The translations under genes were made by a program, and so were the position numbers. The notes beneath the pieces were generated by a model, which did no database searches, was not told the DNA's origin, and worked only from the letters and a program-made list of their open reading frames with translations. From Octopus vulgaris (lineage: Eukaryota), in NCBI GenBank assembly GCA_951406725.2, contig OX597819.1, positions 112,468,001 to 112,532,000 on the forward strand: 64,000 bases of DNA, in the 5' to 3' direction. Of the stretch, positions 26,774-40,426 are shown piece by piece (position 1 is the first letter of the stretch; each line of letters starts with the position of its first letter).

Positions 26774-27020
26774 CTAAGTTCAGGCTTATACCTGTAATTA
26801 TTGGAGCACTGGGATATGTAACAGATTACTTAAATACCAATCATAAGAAATTAGGCTTCTCAAAACCAGAAAGGAGAAAGCTGATTCGAAAACTACAGAT
26901 CCAATCAATTCATCACCGGAACTGTAAAATTCTGTAAAACTTTCCAGAAGTTTATCATTTAAGTATATATGAGCATGTCTAGACATACCACCACGTGCAG
27001 GAAACATAAAACATAACTTA
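26774..27020 (+). mobile_element. Short second copy of the same R4-like 3' end
   Basis: Repeats 26321-26505 and keeps a segment (GATTCGAAAACTACAGATCCAATC) missing from the first copy. Confidence 0.8.
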
Positions 27021-27109
27021 TAAATATGCACATGTGCATATATACAGATATGCATGCTTACAGATATATACAGATATGCATGCTTATATATATGTGTGCA
27101 TTACGTATG

Positions 27110-27179
<70 letters not shown>

Positions 27180-27180
27180 C

Positions 27181-27412
27181 CTATTGATCGTTTTTTTTTT
27201 CCTCTCCCCCTTTTTTCCTCCTTTTTCTTCCTTTTTTATTTTTCTTTTCCTTTTTTTCCCCTTTTACGATCCCTTTTGATCGAAAACCTACGCCACTTTT
27301 TTTGTTTCTTTTGTTTTTTTTTTTTTTTTTTTTTTTTTTATCCCACAAAAGAAAAGCTCTACTTTGTAATTTGTCCCATCTGTGTGCAGCCCTGTGTGGC
27401 CAATAAAGAAAC

Positions 27413-27413
<1 letters not shown>
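27181..27413 (+). mobile_element. LINE 3' UTR fragment (Tx1-like) inside (TATC)n
   Basis: Pyrimidine-rich UTR ending TTTGTCCCATCTGTGTGCAGCCCTGTGTGGCCAATAAAGAAA. (TATC)n on both sides (27110-27180, 27414-27637). Confidence 0.5.
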
Positions 27414-27480
<67 letters not shown>

Positions 27481-27499
27481 TTGTCTGTCTGTCTTTCTG

Positions 27500-27637
<138 letters not shown>

Positions 27638-28112
27638 CCTCGCTCTCTCAGCAGCTCTAGTGATGTAATCATTATCACCCACACGTACATAGTACACGTG
27701 TCTTCTTCATAAGCCAAATTTGCTGCGGGATAGCGCCTGGAGAAAGATCTCCAAACAACGCTGAGTGTTAAAAAACATCCAAATCTCACAAACCAGGTGA
27801 GACAACACGTGCTACGGCGCAGCACATCAGTAAATGGACTTCACTCTATTTGCATGTAAAACATAGACTAACGATTCAATTCGTTTTGGAATGATCCGAG
27901 TACTTGATATTGATAAGTCACATTTAATGGTGAAATATCGGTATCTACCATTCTCGGTGGTTCCAAGACGAGTTGTCTTGCTTAGGCTGTGACATTCAGG
28001 TAATCTTTAACACTTGGCGTTGTGACCAGCTTTCCCTGTACGCTATCCTGCAGAAAAGTTGGCGTATAAACAAAGCATATACATAGTGTATATGCGAATG
28101 ATGATATTTACA

Positions 28113-28300
28113 TACGACGGGGAAAGAGTTTTATGGTTTAGGATAAAAGAAAACACAGAAAGATCAGTCAATTACGATTTTATTCAACATATTCCTCTCT
28201 CAGATTCACACACTTATTGCAGCGGCCCTTCAGTTTTACTAAGTCCTGTAAAAGGACTAGAAAGGTTGGGCCTCCCACCAGGATTTTCTCGGTTTCCTTA
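28113..28300 (-). mobile_element. Mariner transposon 3' end
   Basis: Minus strand WEAQPF..KCVNLREEYVE*, then a TIR-like end reading TA-CGACGGGG on the plus strand. Confidence 0.7.
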
Positions 28301-28408
28301 AAGCCACGAAATGTTCAGCATCCCTCGTGTGTATACACACACACACGTATATATTTATACGTATATATGACATACACGTATGAATATGTACATATACATG
28401 TGTATGTG

Positions 28409-28445
<37 letters not shown>

Positions 28446-28446
28446 G

Positions 28447-29344
28447 TAAATAAATAAAATCCGTTCAGTCTGTCTGTCTGTGTGCTTGTAACTCGAGTGT
28501 TGTAAATCCGATCGCTCTGAAATTTTAAACATGGATACATGAGAGAGCGGGGAGTTCCGTAATCTAAAAAGATTTTCAAAATTATTAGTTTCGAAGTGAG
28601 AATCGCTATTTTTGTAATCTTTTTGTCATGTTTGTTCCACCATTAAAAGCAACTTGTTTGCTCAGAGAGCCGGCACATACCATTTCGCTAGCAACAAGGG
28701 GAGTGCAGGATGACAGTCAGCCAAAACCGTCGCTATGCTGTCTCTCTTCTTTCCTCTCTCCGATTCCACTTGAGTTGTATTTATATATTGTGTTAAGATT
28801 CGTTATCAATCAATTATCCTTATTGAGGAGAAACAGCCAAAAGTAACCACCACATGCAATCACCAAACATCTCCACTACTTAACACCATCCAAGTTTGGG
28901 GTAAATAATCTTAATCTTTAGTTAGTTTCTCATTCAAACTACATAATAGGCAGAATTGACAGATGAAGACAGTAGTGTGTCTTGAGGGAGATTTGGCTGC
29001 TATTTCTACCAGGTCTAGCTTGAAATAAATTTTTACGGAATGAGCGGGAGAAACACAGAAAAGACGTAATCTCTCCAGAAACAAGTATAAAGTAAGGAGG
29101 ATTGTAGAAAACCGAAGGCAAGAGTCTGAAGAGATGAGATTTTCTCAAGATCAGCAAATGCATGTTGCAGCACATAATGCTGCATCATTAAATCAATGTT
29201 TTAATGATTAGACAGAGGTTCAGTAGAATAGCTCTCAGAAACAGACTACGTATAACTTCGTTTTTCACAACTCCTGAAGCTGTTTTCAGATATAATCCAT
29301 CCAATTCTTATAGGAATGATAACTCTGTCCAAATTGGTGTGCTA

Positions 29345-29345
<1 letters not shown>
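28447..29345 (+). mobile_element. Helitron-like element
   Basis: 5' motif TAAAATCCG..TCTGTCTGTCTG..AACTCGAG..CCGATC..GAAATTT. Ends TGCTAG followed by T. Hairpin degenerate. Confidence 0.5.
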
Positions 29346-29383
<38 letters not shown>

Positions 29384-29640
29384 TGAGAATGCGTGCGCGC
29401 GCGTGTGTCTGTCTGTCTGTGTGTTTCCCTAAAACTTGAGAACTACACAACCAATTTCAAATTTTACATATGCCTTACTTACGGTCCGGGGAGTGTCATC
29501 CGCAAAAAATTTTTCAAAACTTTTTGCCTAGGGCGAGCCCACAGCAATATCATATCTTCTCCACTATTTCAGTATTACGTGTTAAAAGTGAAGCAAAAAC
29601 ATTTCTCTATTTTATGTCAGATACTTTCATTTTAACAATA
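29346..29640 (+). mobile_element. Helitron-like 5' end
   Basis: TATATATAAAACTGAGAATG..CCCTAAAACTTGAGAACTACACAACC. Close copy at 30989-31215. Confidence 0.65.
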
Positions 29641-30276
29641 AAAATTAGAGGTAATAATAACAATTGAATTATAGGTAGTAAGTAATAATTAAAATCAAAC
29701 TAAAGTATAATATAATAATTAAATCGTAACATAACAAAAGTAAAAATAGCAATTGGTATAAAATTGCATCAATGACTTGAACTTGAATAAGTGGTTTCAC
29801 ATGAATGGGAATAAATTAAAAATACAATTAGTGTGCAGAAATGGAATAGTCCAGATGGAGATGTTCACATACCTTTTACCACGGATTTTACATTAGATTA
29901 CCTGCTAATTAGCTAGCCTTAAGTATCTAAATGAAGTTTGGCTGTATGTAATGTCTGTTTTCTCGAACAACCGCTTCTATTGAGTACTGCTGTTAGTATA
30001 TTTCTTATACATAAAGGACTATAGCTTGAACTGCGTACTGCTTTTTGATTCACCGTAAGGTTTGTTGTTATTATTATTACTGTTTAACTATTGTTATCAC
30101 GTTTGTTGGTTCCTCGAAAGGGAAACGTTGTTGTGTTGCATTTGTTAAATAATTGTAAACCGTAACCCCCCCCTTTGGGAGAAGGAGCTTTGGTTATTGT
30201 TTAAAAATTGAATTGTGTCCCTGTTTGGGGAAATTGACAATATTTTCACCGTTTATACGGAAGCATTTTTGTTAAA

Positions 30277-30745
30277 ATGCCTTCGATAGAAGAAAGTCCC
30301 AAAATGAATTTCGCTGCAGCCGTCGGCGGGCGCGAACTCATTAAAATTAAAATGGAAGAAATACAAACCTATTTCAGATTGATCACCGACAAAGACGGTG
30401 AATCTAGGATAACACAACCAAACGAAATAAAAAAATTGAATTAAAGTAAAGACTATTGTCTATAAAGTATACAATGTAGAAAAAAAAAAAGATTTGAACA
30501 CCTGGAGGAAAGTACCATCGAAAAGTGTCTTGGTGCGACTATGAAAGATATCTAACCAGAGGCGGTAAATTCACCACAATAGAAGCAAGGTTCGAGTCAA
30601 CGGAGCGTGCAAGGGAGTACTCGACTCGGACCTTGCTTAGTGGAAATATTTTAAAATTTTACCTTTATATCTGGGACGTAGGACGTCCCGGATAAAAATT
30701 TAAAATGTCCCCCCAGAAGTAGAGGTAGGCTGGATTGTAGCCACA
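30277..30745 (+). pseudogene. Decayed Tx1/L1-like ORF1 fragment
   Basis: MPSIEESPKMNFAAAV..KTIVYKVY..LPLYLGRRTSRIKI..PPEVEVGWIVA, with frameshifts. Confidence 0.45.
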
Positions 30746-30988
30746 CTTCAATACAAGAGGGAGGACAAGTAAAAATTGATCGAAATTGCCAGAGACTGGC
30801 CTGCAATTCCAGTCTGTTATATATTTTGAATATTGTTATCACTAGCGATATCAAGATAAAACTTTGTATTTTGTATTTTATGTGTAGATGTGTATATATA
30901 GATGTACATGTAATATGTGCACATATATATACACATATATATACATGCACTAGCACTATGACTCGGCAACGACGGGTCATAATGCTAG

Positions 30989-31215
30989 TATATATATAAA
31001 ACTGAGAATGTGTGTCTGTCTGTCTGTGTGAATCCCTAAAACTTGAGAACTACACAACCGATTTCATTCAAATTTTACACATGCCTTACTTAGGGTCCAA
31101 GGAGTGTCATGGGCAAAAAATATTTAACATCTTGCCTAGGGCGAGCCCACAGCAATATCACATCTTCTCCACTATTTCAGTATTACGTGTTAAAAGTGAA
31201 ACAAAAGCATCTCTC
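30989..31215 (+). mobile_element. Helitron-like 5' end (copy of 29346-29610)
   Basis: Direct similarity to that copy. Immediately follows a CTAG terminus. Confidence 0.65.
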
Positions 31216-31230
31216 TATTGTATGTATATG

Positions 31231-31298
<68 letters not shown>

Positions 31299-31467
31299 GA
31301 TGTATATGTATACATGTATATGTAAACATGAATGTCTAGATGTATATATAGATGTACATGTAATATGTACACGTATATATACACATATATACGTGCATAC
31401 ATATATACAACCATGTACACATACACACACACCGATCCACCCACTCACACACACACACACATACATA

Positions 31468-31790
31468 GGTGCAGGTGTGGCTGTGTGGTAACAAACTTGG
31501 TTCCAAAACACACGGTCCTCGGTTCAGTCCCACTGTGTGGTAACTTGGTATGTGTCTTCTGCTATAGCCTGAGACCAACCAAAGCATTGTCAGTGGATTT
31601 TGTAGACAGAAACTGAAAGAAATCAATTGTATGTATGTGTATGAATATATGTAAGTCTAAGTGTGTGTTTTTGTGTTTCTCCCTTATCACTGCTTCACAA
31701 CTGGTGTTCGTTTATTTATATCCCCATAACTTATTGGCTTCACAAGAAGAAACTGATAGAATAAGTACCAGGCTTATCAAAATATAAAAA
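31468..31790 (+). mobile_element. Diverged CORE-like SINE
   Basis: GGTGCAGGTGTGGCTGTGTGGTAA..GGTTCAGTCCC..GATAGAATAAGTACCAGGCTT. Confidence 0.7.
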
Positions 31791-32252
31791 AGCACTATGC
31801 AGTGTCTCATATTTTTGTTTGCTCACTCAGTTGTATCTATCAATTTATCTTGTGTGTGTGTACACATACATATATACATATATACATATATACATATATA
31901 TACATATACATATATACACACATATATATATACACATATATATATATACATATATATACATATACATATATACACAGATATATATACATATACACATATA
32001 CATATATATACATTTACACATATATACATATACACATATATACATATACACATATATACACATATACATATACACACATATATATATATACACATATACA
32101 CATATACATATACATATACACATACATATACACATACATATACATATACGCATACATATACACATATACACATATATACACATATATATATACATATATA
32201 TATACACATATATATACACATATATATACACACATATATATATATATATACA

Positions 32253-32626
32253 CTAGCAGTATCGCCCGGCGTTGCTCAGGTTTGTAAGGGAAATAACTAT
32301 AAAGCATTTTCAGAGAGTTATAGCCAAAAAATAGGAAAAAAATGATGGTAAATTTTTTTTTGAGAGTTAAAAAAGGATGGAGTTGCGTTCCCTAGACAGT
32401 TTGTGGTTCGTGTTTCTGATTCTCGACCCCATGTCGAATTTATCGATTTTTTTCAGAACTGGGGGAACTTTTCAAAATTTTGGCTGCGTTAGTTTTGAAT
32501 TATGACATTGGGCTATGTGTGTGTCAAGTTTCATCAGAATCGGTTGAAAGCCGTGGTCAGGGTGAGGGTACAAGCAAACAGACACACAGAAACACGCACA
32601 GACAAACTGCCGTTTATATATAGAGA
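32253..32626 (-). mobile_element. Complete short non-autonomous Helitron
   Basis: Minus strand starts TCTCTATATATAAACGGCAG and ends CCTGAGCAACGCCGGGCGATACTGCTAG followed by T. The last ~80 bp match element 1-389. Confidence 0.8.
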
Positions 32627-32862
32627 GATATACATATATACACACACACATATATATATACACATATATATATATACATATACATATATACATATATACA
32701 TATATACATATACATATATATACACATATATATATATACACATATATATACACATATATATGCAAATATATATACACATATATAAACATATATATACATA
32801 TATATATATACATATATACATATACATATATACATATATACATATATATATACATATATATA

Positions 32863-32894
<32 letters not shown>

Positions 32895-33031
32895 CATATA
32901 CATACATATACACATATATGCATATACATATATATTCATATACATATATATACATATATGTACATATATGTACATATACATATACACATATATACATATA
33001 CACATATATATATACATATACATATATATAC

Positions 33032-33062
<31 letters not shown>

Positions 33063-33121
33063 CACATATATGTACATATACACATATATGTACCTATACA
33101 CACACATATATATATATACAC

Positions 33122-33152
<31 letters not shown>

Positions 33153-33280
33153 CATATATATATACATATACATATACATATATACACATATATGTACATA
33201 TACACACATATCTATACATATACACACATATATATACATATACATACATATATATATACATATACATACATATATATATT
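32627..33280. repeat. Degenerate (TA/CA)n compound microsatellite (similar tracts at 31860-32250 and 35720-36090)
   Basis: Stop-free low-complexity tract that artificially extends the 1044-aa ORF. Confidence 0.95.
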
Positions 33281-33284
33281 TTCA

Positions 33285-35636
33285 GACTTAATTTTCAGCA
33301 ATCACACTGATACTATCCACAATATTGCAGTGGAGAAAACCCTACTCTCCGACCATGACATGGTTCTCTGTGATCTGAGATTTCACTGGCCAAAATGCAA
33401 AACAAATGTCATCCCTCCTGTTCATCCATTTGACACTATGGATTTCCACAATGCAAACTGGGAAGCGATCAATAATGATCTTGCACAAGTCGATTGGTCC
33501 TTCACGCACACATACACACCCACTAACATCAAAAAGTCCTGGCAGTCACTTGTAGACACCATCACGAACATATGTGCAAGACACACCCCATTAAGATCTG
33601 CAAACAAATCTAAGTGTCGAATCCCTAGAAATAGAAAATCTCTCATAAGGAAAATTAAAAGAATCAACAAAAAGATCAACATGCTGAAATACTGTCAACA
33701 GCAACACACCAACCTGACTGCCATCACGTCGCTAGAGATTAAAAAACATAAACTCCAAAACAACATGATGTCTATCATCAATAGTCAGCGAAGAGCTGAA
33801 GAGGCCTGGGCCATTGAGAAGATCAAACTCAATCCCAAAGTGTTCTTTTCATTTGCAAAAAAACACAGAGTCACTGGTTCTACTGTTGGCCCTCTGATTG
33901 ATGAAAATGGTACTCTTCAAGACAATGCCAAAACCATGGGAGAGATATTGCAGAAACAATATTGCTCTGTTTTCAGCAATCCTGATATGACTGATCTGGG
34001 CTGTATCAGTGATGTTACTCCCCAATACACTTTATCGGACATAACATTTGGCGCTCCTGATGTCTTAGCAGCAATAAAGGAAATGAAGCATAATTCAGCA
34101 GTAGGTCCCGATAGGTTCCCTGCTTGTGTCTTGAAGATGTGTCAAAACCAACTTGCACCCCCTCTAGCCAATCTGTGGTGGAACTCACTGGATGCTGGAT
34201 ATATACCAGAAGACCTTCTATCCCAGTCTGTTGTCCCAGTTTTCAAAAAAGGAAACAAATCGCTTGCTGTGAATTACCGTCCAATCTCACTCACCTCTCA
34301 TATCATCAAGGTATTTGAGAGGGTGCTGAGATCGCGTATGACTCACTTCCTTGAGAGTCATAATATGCTGAACCCCAACCAGCATGGATTCCGTAATGGG
34401 AGAGATTGCCTGACGCAGCTACTGCATCATTTTGATGACATTTTGAGAGCCTTGGGAGAAGGTTCCAACACTGATGTCATCTACCTTGATTTCAGCAAGG
34501 CCTTTGACAGGGTTGATCATAAGATCCTTCTGAGAAAGCTGTCCAATATTGGTGTCACTGGAAAGCTGCTGCAGTGGATCAAGTGCTTCTTGTCTAACAG
34601 AACCCAACATGTTGTAGTCGAAGGAGTCAAATCCAGCCCAGCCAAAGTCAGCAGTGGTGTCCCACAAGGCACTGTGTTGGGCCCACTTCTCTTCATCATC
34701 TACATAAATGATATTACTGACACCATCAAACACAGTAACATCAGAACCTTCGCTGATGATTCCAAGCTCCAGAAGGTCATCAATGGCGTGGATGACCGAA
34801 TAAACCTTCAGTCAGACCTACTGGCTGTTGTCCAATGGGCGGAAAAGAATAACATGTTGCTAAATGAAGACAAATTTGAACTGATCCACTTTGGAAGAGA
34901 GGACACTCTGAAACTCCCATACTCTCTTCCTTCTGGAGAAATTCTCATGGCATCCAACAACATCAGAGACCTGGGAGTAACAGTGGACAACAACATAAGC
35001 TGGGCTACACATATAAGCAGCAAAGTTGACATGGCCCGCAGAATGTGTTCCTGGATTCTCAGAACCTTCCAGTCGAGAGATTCCTACGCTATTATCCTTC
35101 TCTTCTCCACTTTTGCCCGACCCCACCTTGAATACTGCTGTCCACTGTGGTCTCCCTACACAAAACAAAATATTATGAGAATTGAAGCTCCACAAAGGTC
35201 AATCACAAAAAAGATAGATGGCATGTCAGACCTTGACTACTGGGGTAGACTAGAGAAGCTGAAATTGTATTCACTCCAACGACGCCGTGAACGCTACATT
35301 ATCTGTATGATGTGGAAAATATTCCACCAGCACTGTCCGAATGATGTTGGCATCACCTTCAAAATGCATCCAAGGCTAGGACCACGTGCCATCCGTCCAC
35401 AACAAAAATCTAAATGGCATCACATAACGACAATACGGCACAACTATTTCACCTCAATTGGACCTGCTCTCTTCAACATTACACCAGGGCACGTCAAAAA
35501 AGAAACTGACCACACAAAATTCAAGAAGTCTTTGGACAAATTCCTTCAAACAGTACCGGACAAACCACCCACACCCGGATATGTCTCCGCAAACAATAAC
35601 TCTCTGCTCGAATGGGCCTTGGTGCCCAAATCCTGA
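33285..35636 (+). CDS. 5'-truncated CR1/L2-group LINE ORF2 with intact reverse transcriptase (783 codons open)
   Basis: APE end DLIF..SDHDMV, then [69 protein letters not shown]. No stops or frameshifts. Short 3' UTR to ~35720. Confidence 0.93.
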   Translation, partial: DLIFSNHTDTIHNIAVEKTLLSDHDMVLCDLRFHWPKCKTNVIPPVHPFDTMDFHNANWEAINNDLAQVDWSFTHTYTPTNIKKSWQSLVDTITNICARHTPLRSANKSKCRIPRNRKSLIRKIKRINKKINMLKYCQQQHTNLTAITSLEIKKHKLQNNMMSIINSQRRAEEAWAIEKIKLNPKVFFSFAKKHRVTGSTVGPLIDENGTLQDNAKTMGEILQKQYCSVFSNPDMTDLGCISDVTPQYTLSDITFGAPDVLAAIKEMKHNSAVGPDRFPACVLKMCQNQLAPPLANLWWNSLDAGYIPEDLLSQSVVPVFKKGNKSLAVNYRPISLTSHIIKVFERVLRSRMTHFLESHNMLNPNQHGFRNGRDCLTQLLHHFDDILRALGEGSNTDVIYLDFSKAFDRVDHKILLRKLSNIGVTGKLLQWIKCFLSNRTQHVVVEGVKSSPAKVSSGVPQGTVLGPLLFIIYINDITDTIKHSNIRTFADDSKLQKVINGVDDRINLQSDLLAVVQWAEKNNMLLNEDKFELIHFGREDTLKLPYSLPSGEILMASNNIRDLGVTVDNNISWATHISSKVDMARRMCSWILRTFQSRDSYAIILLFSTFARPHLEYCCPLWSPYTKQNIMRIEAPQRSITKKIDGMSDLDYWGRLEKLKLYSLQRRRERYIICMMWKIFHQHCPNDVGITFKMHPRLGPRAIRPQQKSKWHHITTIRHNYFTSIGPALFNITPGHVKKETDHTKFKKSLDKFLQTVPDKPPTPGYVSANNNSLLEWALVPKS

Positions 35637-36004
35637 ACTGAAAGACTTCGCCAGGTGGTGCTATTAAGTTAGACATGGCCTGGGCCAATACTGGCCAAAA
35701 CCTTTCTAAGTTATTCTAAGTTATATATGCATATACATACATATACTCATATATATGCATATACATATATACATACATATATATGTACATATACATATAT
35801 ATACATATATATGTACATATACATATATATATACATATATACATACATATATATACATATATATACATGTATATACATATATATATACATATACATATGC
35901 ATACATATACATATACATATATATGTACATACATAAACATATATATATATACATACATACATACATATATACAAACATATATACATACATATATACATAC
36001 GTAT

Positions 36005-36087
<83 letters not shown>

Positions 36088-36159
36088 ATATGGATTTCGT
36101 GGACAGGAAGTGAAACAAATCAATCGTATATATATGTATGTATATATATAAGTGTATGT

Positions 36160-36859
36160 GTTTTGGTATTGGCAACATGAATGACAATGGTCAGAGACTA
36201 CTTGAATTTTGCACATACCATAACCTGTGCATCACTAACACATTCTTTGCCAACAAGACATCCCACAAGGCATCTTGGAGACATCCAAGATCTCACCACT
36301 GGCATCAGTGGACAGGAAGTGGATATGTGCCGAGATATCGAAAAGGAGATCTCACGGAGAGTAAGGGCCGGATGGAAGGCGTTTAATGGCATAAGAGATG
36401 TGCTCAAGGGAAGGTTGGACAGGACCACCCGCGCCAACCTCATCAACAGTACAGTTCTACCTTCAATGTTATATGCTAGTGAAACAAAGAGAAAAGAGCA
36501 GAGACTGGTAACGGCTCAAAGAGCCATGGAAAGGTCAATACTTGGTATCTCGTTGAGAGAGCACATCAGTAGCGAGATCATCAGAAAGAAGTCCGGCGTG
36601 AGAGATGTCATCGCAGAGTATACACGCAGCAAGTATAGATGCGCTGGACACGTCGCCCGGCACGCCGATAATCGGTGGACCCGCGCAGTTGTCAAGTGGT
36701 ATCCGCGCGAGCGGAAGCAACCACCCGGAGACCTCCACGACGGTGGATTTACGATTTCAGGAGGACGATTGGGATTACGTGGAAGAGAAAGGTGCGATCC
36801 AGAGAGGAGTGGACTGCGTGCTGTGACCAGCGGTGTCAAATGGACGCCTGACGGTCAAG

Positions 36860-36863
<4 letters not shown>
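36160..36863 (+). mobile_element. Chimeric RTE relic: APE fragment fused to the C-terminus of a different RTE
   Basis: 36160-36307 [33 protein letters not shown]. 36308-36863 EISRRVRAGWKAF..VLPSMLYASE..AQRAMER..AGHVAR..RWT. Confidence 0.85.
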
Positions 36864-36917
<54 letters not shown>

Positions 36918-36939
36918 TGTATATATGTATGTTTAATAG

Positions 36940-37375
36940 TTTTAAATTTTAGCACAAGGCCAGAAATTTTGGGGTGGGATGTAAGTCGATTACATGATTA
37001 CATTGGCCCTAATGTTTAACTAGAACTTATTTTATCGACCACGAAAGGATGAAAGGCAAACTCGACCTTGGCAGAATTTGAACTTAGAACATAAAAACGT
37101 ATGAGATGCCGTTAAATATTTCGCCCGGCAGCAAACGATTCTTATTTCTTTATTGCCCACAAGAGGCTAACCATAGAGGGAACAAACAAGGACAGACAAA
37201 GGGATTAAGTCGTTTGCATCGACCCCAGTGCGTAACTGGTACTTAATTTATCGACCCCGAAAGAATGAAAGGCAAAGTCGACCTCGGCGGAATTTGAACT
37301 CAGAACGTAACGGCAGACGAAATACGGCTACGCATTTCGCCCGGCGTGCTAACGGTTCTGCCAGGTCGCCGCCTT
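36940..37375 (-). mobile_element. Meta-core SINE dimer
   Basis: Reverse complement of the 12739-13122 arrangement. Confidence 0.8.
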
Positions 37376-37470
37376 ATATGTAGATAGATAAATAGATGGA
37401 TAGATAAATAGATCGATAGATAAATAAATAGATAGATAGATAGATCGGTAGATAGATAGATAGATAGATT

Positions 37471-37538
<68 letters not shown>

Positions 37539-37699
37539 TTCATGCACACCTACATGTATACGTATTTACATACATAGATGTAACATATCGACAGTATATA
37601 TGCATTTGTGTGTGCATCACGTTTAGTAGTGTTTGTGACAGACTGTTTATTCATATGCATATGTAACTTAATAATCGAACTAACAGCTAAAAATGCCTT

Positions 37700-38960
37700 C
37701 AACATAAAAAAAAAATTTGGTTCATTCGGTTTACTTCAGCCCTTACTGAAAGTGGCCTGTTTATAAGCAGTGTTTTTGATAGACAATCAAAATGAGTGTC
37801 ACGATTGTCATAGAATGAAAGATGTTCGATGCTGGTAGTTGAGTTGGGTTCAGGCTGCGTATAATGAATGCACAACACTCGTGAACAATTAACAGAATTT
37901 TATTTCACCGAACAAAATATTTTGCCATGTTGGTCACAAATTAAAAATACGACCACAGAGTTAACTTATTGGAAGGTCAAGTCTGTAGCAATTACAAATT
38001 GTTGATTAAGAAAGTTCTGCAAATAAGCTGTCCTGATAGGAGGAAATATATCACGCTGGGTTCATGATTGCAAACATTAGCTGTTTTCTACGAGGTGGAG
38101 TAAATTGTCATTAGAACGACTGTAAGAGCAGCAAAATGAGCAGTGGACTCCCACAAACTAACCTAAGAGGTGAGGCGTGTGAAATGAATCGGCAGGTCTC
38201 TCAGCAAAGTGTCTGGCAAGAGTGGAGATGCATTTCGCCCAGTCGCCTTCGACTCTGCAAATTTGACCCTAAAACCATGCTTATTTGTAAACCTTATAAA
38301 GAGACGTTCTGGCAGCATCCAAAAAATTGTTTCACGTGATGTCTCGATGCTGATTGGTCCATAACTCGGCTAATCACATGGAATAGCTGTTACTAGGCCG
38401 TAATTTTAACTTGGCAATTTATCGATTCGGTTTCGAATCTGCTACAGGAGTATTCGGTCGCTCATGAAATTCCAACCCAGGATTGAAACTAGTCTGCTTC
38501 ATATCATTCTTTTTCTGTTCACGATGATACAGCATTGGATAAAATCTATAAATGCATGAAATAAGCATCAGAGGTGCTTTGCCTCACGCAGAAACTGCCG
38601 GAGCTGCTTAAAGACGGGGTCGACCACCAAGTCTTTCTCCAAGTGGTAACCAATGTCACTGAATGCTGAAAACGCTTCCATGTCTTCAGTAGTTATCTCA
38701 GAGTCAGAAGCGTATCTCGTTTTAGCCTGTACGCTTCATTTGAGTGGGGAAGCAAAGATTGAATCCGCATTCGCCTGCCAAAGATTTCATCAGTGGTCTC
38801 TTGTCAGCATCAACATCCTTGAGCCGGTTTCAATTCGCGTGACAATATTTTGTTTTTTTTTATTTTCAGTTGTCTAGATTCCAAATCAAATTTCGCCAGG
38901 AAGTGGTACACTCTCTTGCTAGTAAGTCGTGCTTGTCAGTTTTGATAGGGAATGAGGCTG
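37700..38960 (-). pseudogene. Possible highly decayed hAT (Charlie/Buster-like) transposase
   Basis: Only weak, scattered motif resemblance (ETTDEIF, STTSIE) in non-repetitive, higher-GC sequence. Confidence 0.3.
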
Positions 38961-39394
38961 TGTGAAGTACTGAAATATATCACGTTTTATATCAGATAAT
39001 TCACACAACCTTATAACGCATATCATTATTCCTATCACCTCTTTTATATAACGTTTTTGTCCATATCTATACGTCTGTAACCCGTGTCTACACTTTTCTC
39101 CTATTATGTGCATGAATTGGCTGTCGGTGGAGAAGAATGTCATGCAATTATTGTCCTGGCTCTTTAGGTTCTGAGTTCAATTTCCGCTGAGGTCAACTTT
39201 AACCTTCATCCTGTCCAGGTTGATAAAATAAAGTACCAGTCAAATACTGGAGTAGGTGGGTTACATTAACGCCTCCTCTAAAGAAGTTGATGAACTTGAG
39301 TGTAAATAAGAAACCTGTTATATTGAGCAGTATCTGTCAATGAGTACGTTTTTAAGCTCTTGCAGTCTCAGTTCTCTGGTATTTTTCCGAACAC

Positions 39395-40120
39395 TATGAA
39401 CACTACCCAATTCAACTCATAGATGACGGGATTAAAAGTGCAAAATCAATTGACATAAAATCATTAAGAAAGGTCGAACACAATAACACACCTACTCTGA
39501 AAATACTACCTTATGTAACCACATACAACACCAGAAACAATGAAGCATTTAACATCATTGACCAAAATCTCCCAATACTCCAAGAGGACCTCAAACTGAA
39601 GGAAATTCTTCGTACACGTAAGATCATTAAAAGCGATAAACAATCAAAGGCATTAAAGAAAATCCTCACAAATGTTAAATTATTCCCAAGAATAACGGAT
39701 GCAAGAGTAAAAACAAAAATGTGGTCGACCTAACTACAGAACATGCCCAATCTTTTGGAAGGATCAGAATTCCATTCTAAACAAGGTCAAAAATTCAAAA
39801 TTAAGTCCAATTTCACTTGCGCTTCTGAAAACCTCATTTATGTCATAAGACGCTCGGGCTGTCATAAATACTATATAGGTTCCACAGGAATGTCCCTTAG
39901 ACGTTGATGTACTGTTCACACCCAACAGATCTCTTCCCCACAATATCGCCAGATATATCTTAGTGAACACATTGACAGATGTGTAGAACAACTGCAACCA
40001 CAATTCATAACCTTCCAGTTATATCAATGTAGTATTTGGACCTCAACACAAGTGCGAGTAAATAAAGAGGCCTCATTTATCGAAAAATATAAGCTAGAAC
40101 TGAATATAAACTCATTTTGA
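39395..40120 (+). pseudogene. Penelope-like element: RT thumb/linker and GIY-YIG endonuclease remnant
   Basis: LPYVTTYN..LKKILT..KCGRPN..NFTCASENLIYVIRRSGCHKYYIGSTG..FIEKYKLELN*. Confidence 0.88.
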
Positions 40121-40391
40121 AAATTACAGATTTATCTCCCTTCTACTGAAAATACCTTGGTTACCAATTATCCCCGTCTAACAAACAAAATTTCTCATTT
40201 CGAATTGCTCCAGCAAAACCGGTCACTTTATTAGAGGGAAAAAAATCTTATTTTGTATAATATAGTATAATACTTTTGCCATGACGATTTAGATATACTC
40301 TTTAGTTTCGTAAAACAAATTTGTGATTTTTCATCTATTTCTTTCCTTGTATATTCAACTACGTATAATCACCAACCATACTTTCTCACTC

Positions 40392-40426
<35 letters not shown>

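Noticed and set aside
32502-33284. N-terminal 261 codons of the 1044-aa ORF as a His/Tyr/Ile-rich domain fused to an RT
   Set aside because: It is a Helitron end plus stop-free TA/CA microsatellite that happens to be in frame. Real LINE coding starts at DLIF (33285).
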